Source: Adineta vaga
Taxonomy: Eukaryota; Animalia; Rotifera
DNA: 64,000 bases
Reading direction: 5' to 3'
Assembly: GCA_021613535.1 (NCBI GenBank)
Contig: CP075492.1
Location: 13,454,001 to 13,518,000, forward strand
Part shown: piece after piece, positions 62,805-64,000 of the stretch
How the letters are laid out: every line of letters begins with the position of its first letter
Numbering within the stretch: the stretch's first letter is position 1
Notes under the pieces: generated by a model
Databases searched by the model: none
Told to the model about the DNA's origin: nothing
The model's input: only the letters and a program-made list of their open reading frames with translations
Translations under genes and position numbers: made by a program

Positions 62805-63836
62805 ATGTATATGTTCTCTATGATTATGAGACGATTGTAATCAATATACTTATATGTATATGTATATACATGTATTTATTAAAATAGCTTATTCGGCTTA
62901 ATCGATACGTTCTCTCTTTTAGTACCATGAAAAGGAATCATTGTAAATTTTTTTTTCTTTCTTTCTTTTGAATATAAGGAGTATTATAGTCACAGAAGAA
63001 GAGAATAATATTGAAAATTGCCTTGAATATGATGCCATACTTACATGAAGTATACGTAACTATCAAGGTGAATATTCTACATTCTGTAAGGAACATATCT
63101 GTATATATATTTTATAGTAGCACGTCCTTTATTGAGTAAAGTAAAGAAGTAAAAATATGGTGTAGATTTATTTAATAATATTCATGAAAATAAAAATAAA
63201 ATGAAAACAAGAGAAATATTGTTAATTAATATGAAATGACGAAAGAATATTATCTTATTGAAATAGATGAGAATTTTACTGTCGAACAGAAAGTTTAGTC
63301 ATAATGTTTCTGTGTATCAAAGATAGTATATATCAATAGTAAACAAATTTTGTATTAAAAATAAGACACTTCATGAAATTTTCAACTTCAAACAAGAATA
63401 GTGAAGCACAAACATCGAAATATTTTAATTAGAATCAGTAAAAGGTGCATGAAATAGTGAAAAGCAATAATCTTCTCACAACATGATCGCTGTTATAACT
63501 ACGTTTCCTATTGATTATACAGACGTACAAACATATCAACATGGCTAAATATATTGCTTCATCAGTAAAATAGATTCATGTATAAATGATAATGATTTTA
63601 TTTTACTGATAGTCAAATAAGTACTTCACTTGAATTATGCTCGTTACAATAACATTGTAAATAGCTAGGAAGAATGAATAAAATCAATCATATCTATTAT
63701 CTCTATCTACATTCTAAAAAAAACATTTCTGTTTATACACACAATATCATATTTTAAATCTAAACGTTAGATGAACAGACATTAACATTATCGTCCATAA
63801 TATTTATGTGTGAAACAGCATTTGCTGTTGACACAG

Positions 63837-64000
63837 TTACTGCTGTGCCGATGGTTTCAAATACCAATCTTCGATAGGTAATGTACCTAGATCTCTAACC
63901 ATATGCCACATCAATATAATCCATATTAAACCAAACAAGAGGCAAACACCTATTTCGATTGAATATGCATAAGCTTTAGGTAACCATTCTGCAATGTACA
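63837..64000 (-). CDS. C-terminal part of a membrane protein starting beyond the window
   Basis: Open frame YIAEWLPKAYAYSIEIGVCLLFGLIWIILMWHMVRDLGTLPIEDWYLKPSAQQ* runs from the window edge. Confidence 0.5.
   Translation of the reverse strand, partial: YIAEWLPKAYAYSIEIGVCLLFGLIWIILMWHMVRDLGTLPIEDWYLKPSAQQ

Noticed and set aside
1-64000. Prokaryotic defence system, CRISPR array, operon or contaminant contig
   Set aside because: There is no repeat-spacer array, and bacterial-like genes are interleaved with intron-rich metazoan genes at similar AT content.

Overview
This is AT-rich, gene-dense eukaryotic DNA with many short (mostly ~50-60 nt) GT-AG introns, not a prokaryotic region. The gene content (divergent rhodopsin-class GPCRs, an NHL-repeat protein, an ADP-ribosyltransferase, an F-box relic, bacterial-looking enzymes) suggests a bdelloid rotifer such as Adineta or Rotaria; this is an inference. 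About 28 coding loci can be reconstructed. They include secreted Cu/Zn SOD, a PGGHG-like GH65, a DEKA-type Nav channel, a BiP-like HSP70, an MFSD5-like transporter, a Fuseless-like protein, and three spliced microproteins the ORF track misses or catches only partly. There are also two TIR-bounded MITEs and several pseudogene relics. The most unusual items are: (1) a di-ubiquitin-VWA fusion whose second ubiquitin ends LRLRGH and should be uncleavable; (2) a protein of three tandem two-TM, Cys-rich modules resembling a single-chain trimeric channel; (3) an unnamed ~155-aa Cys/Trp domain exon found behind PAN-like or NHL domains in three genes; (4) an ART fused to a receiver-like domain; (5) an RRM + 8x CCCH + DEAH helicase. 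I saw no rRNA, tRNA or CRISPR array. Exon boundaries were read by eye and family calls rest on motifs, not database searches.
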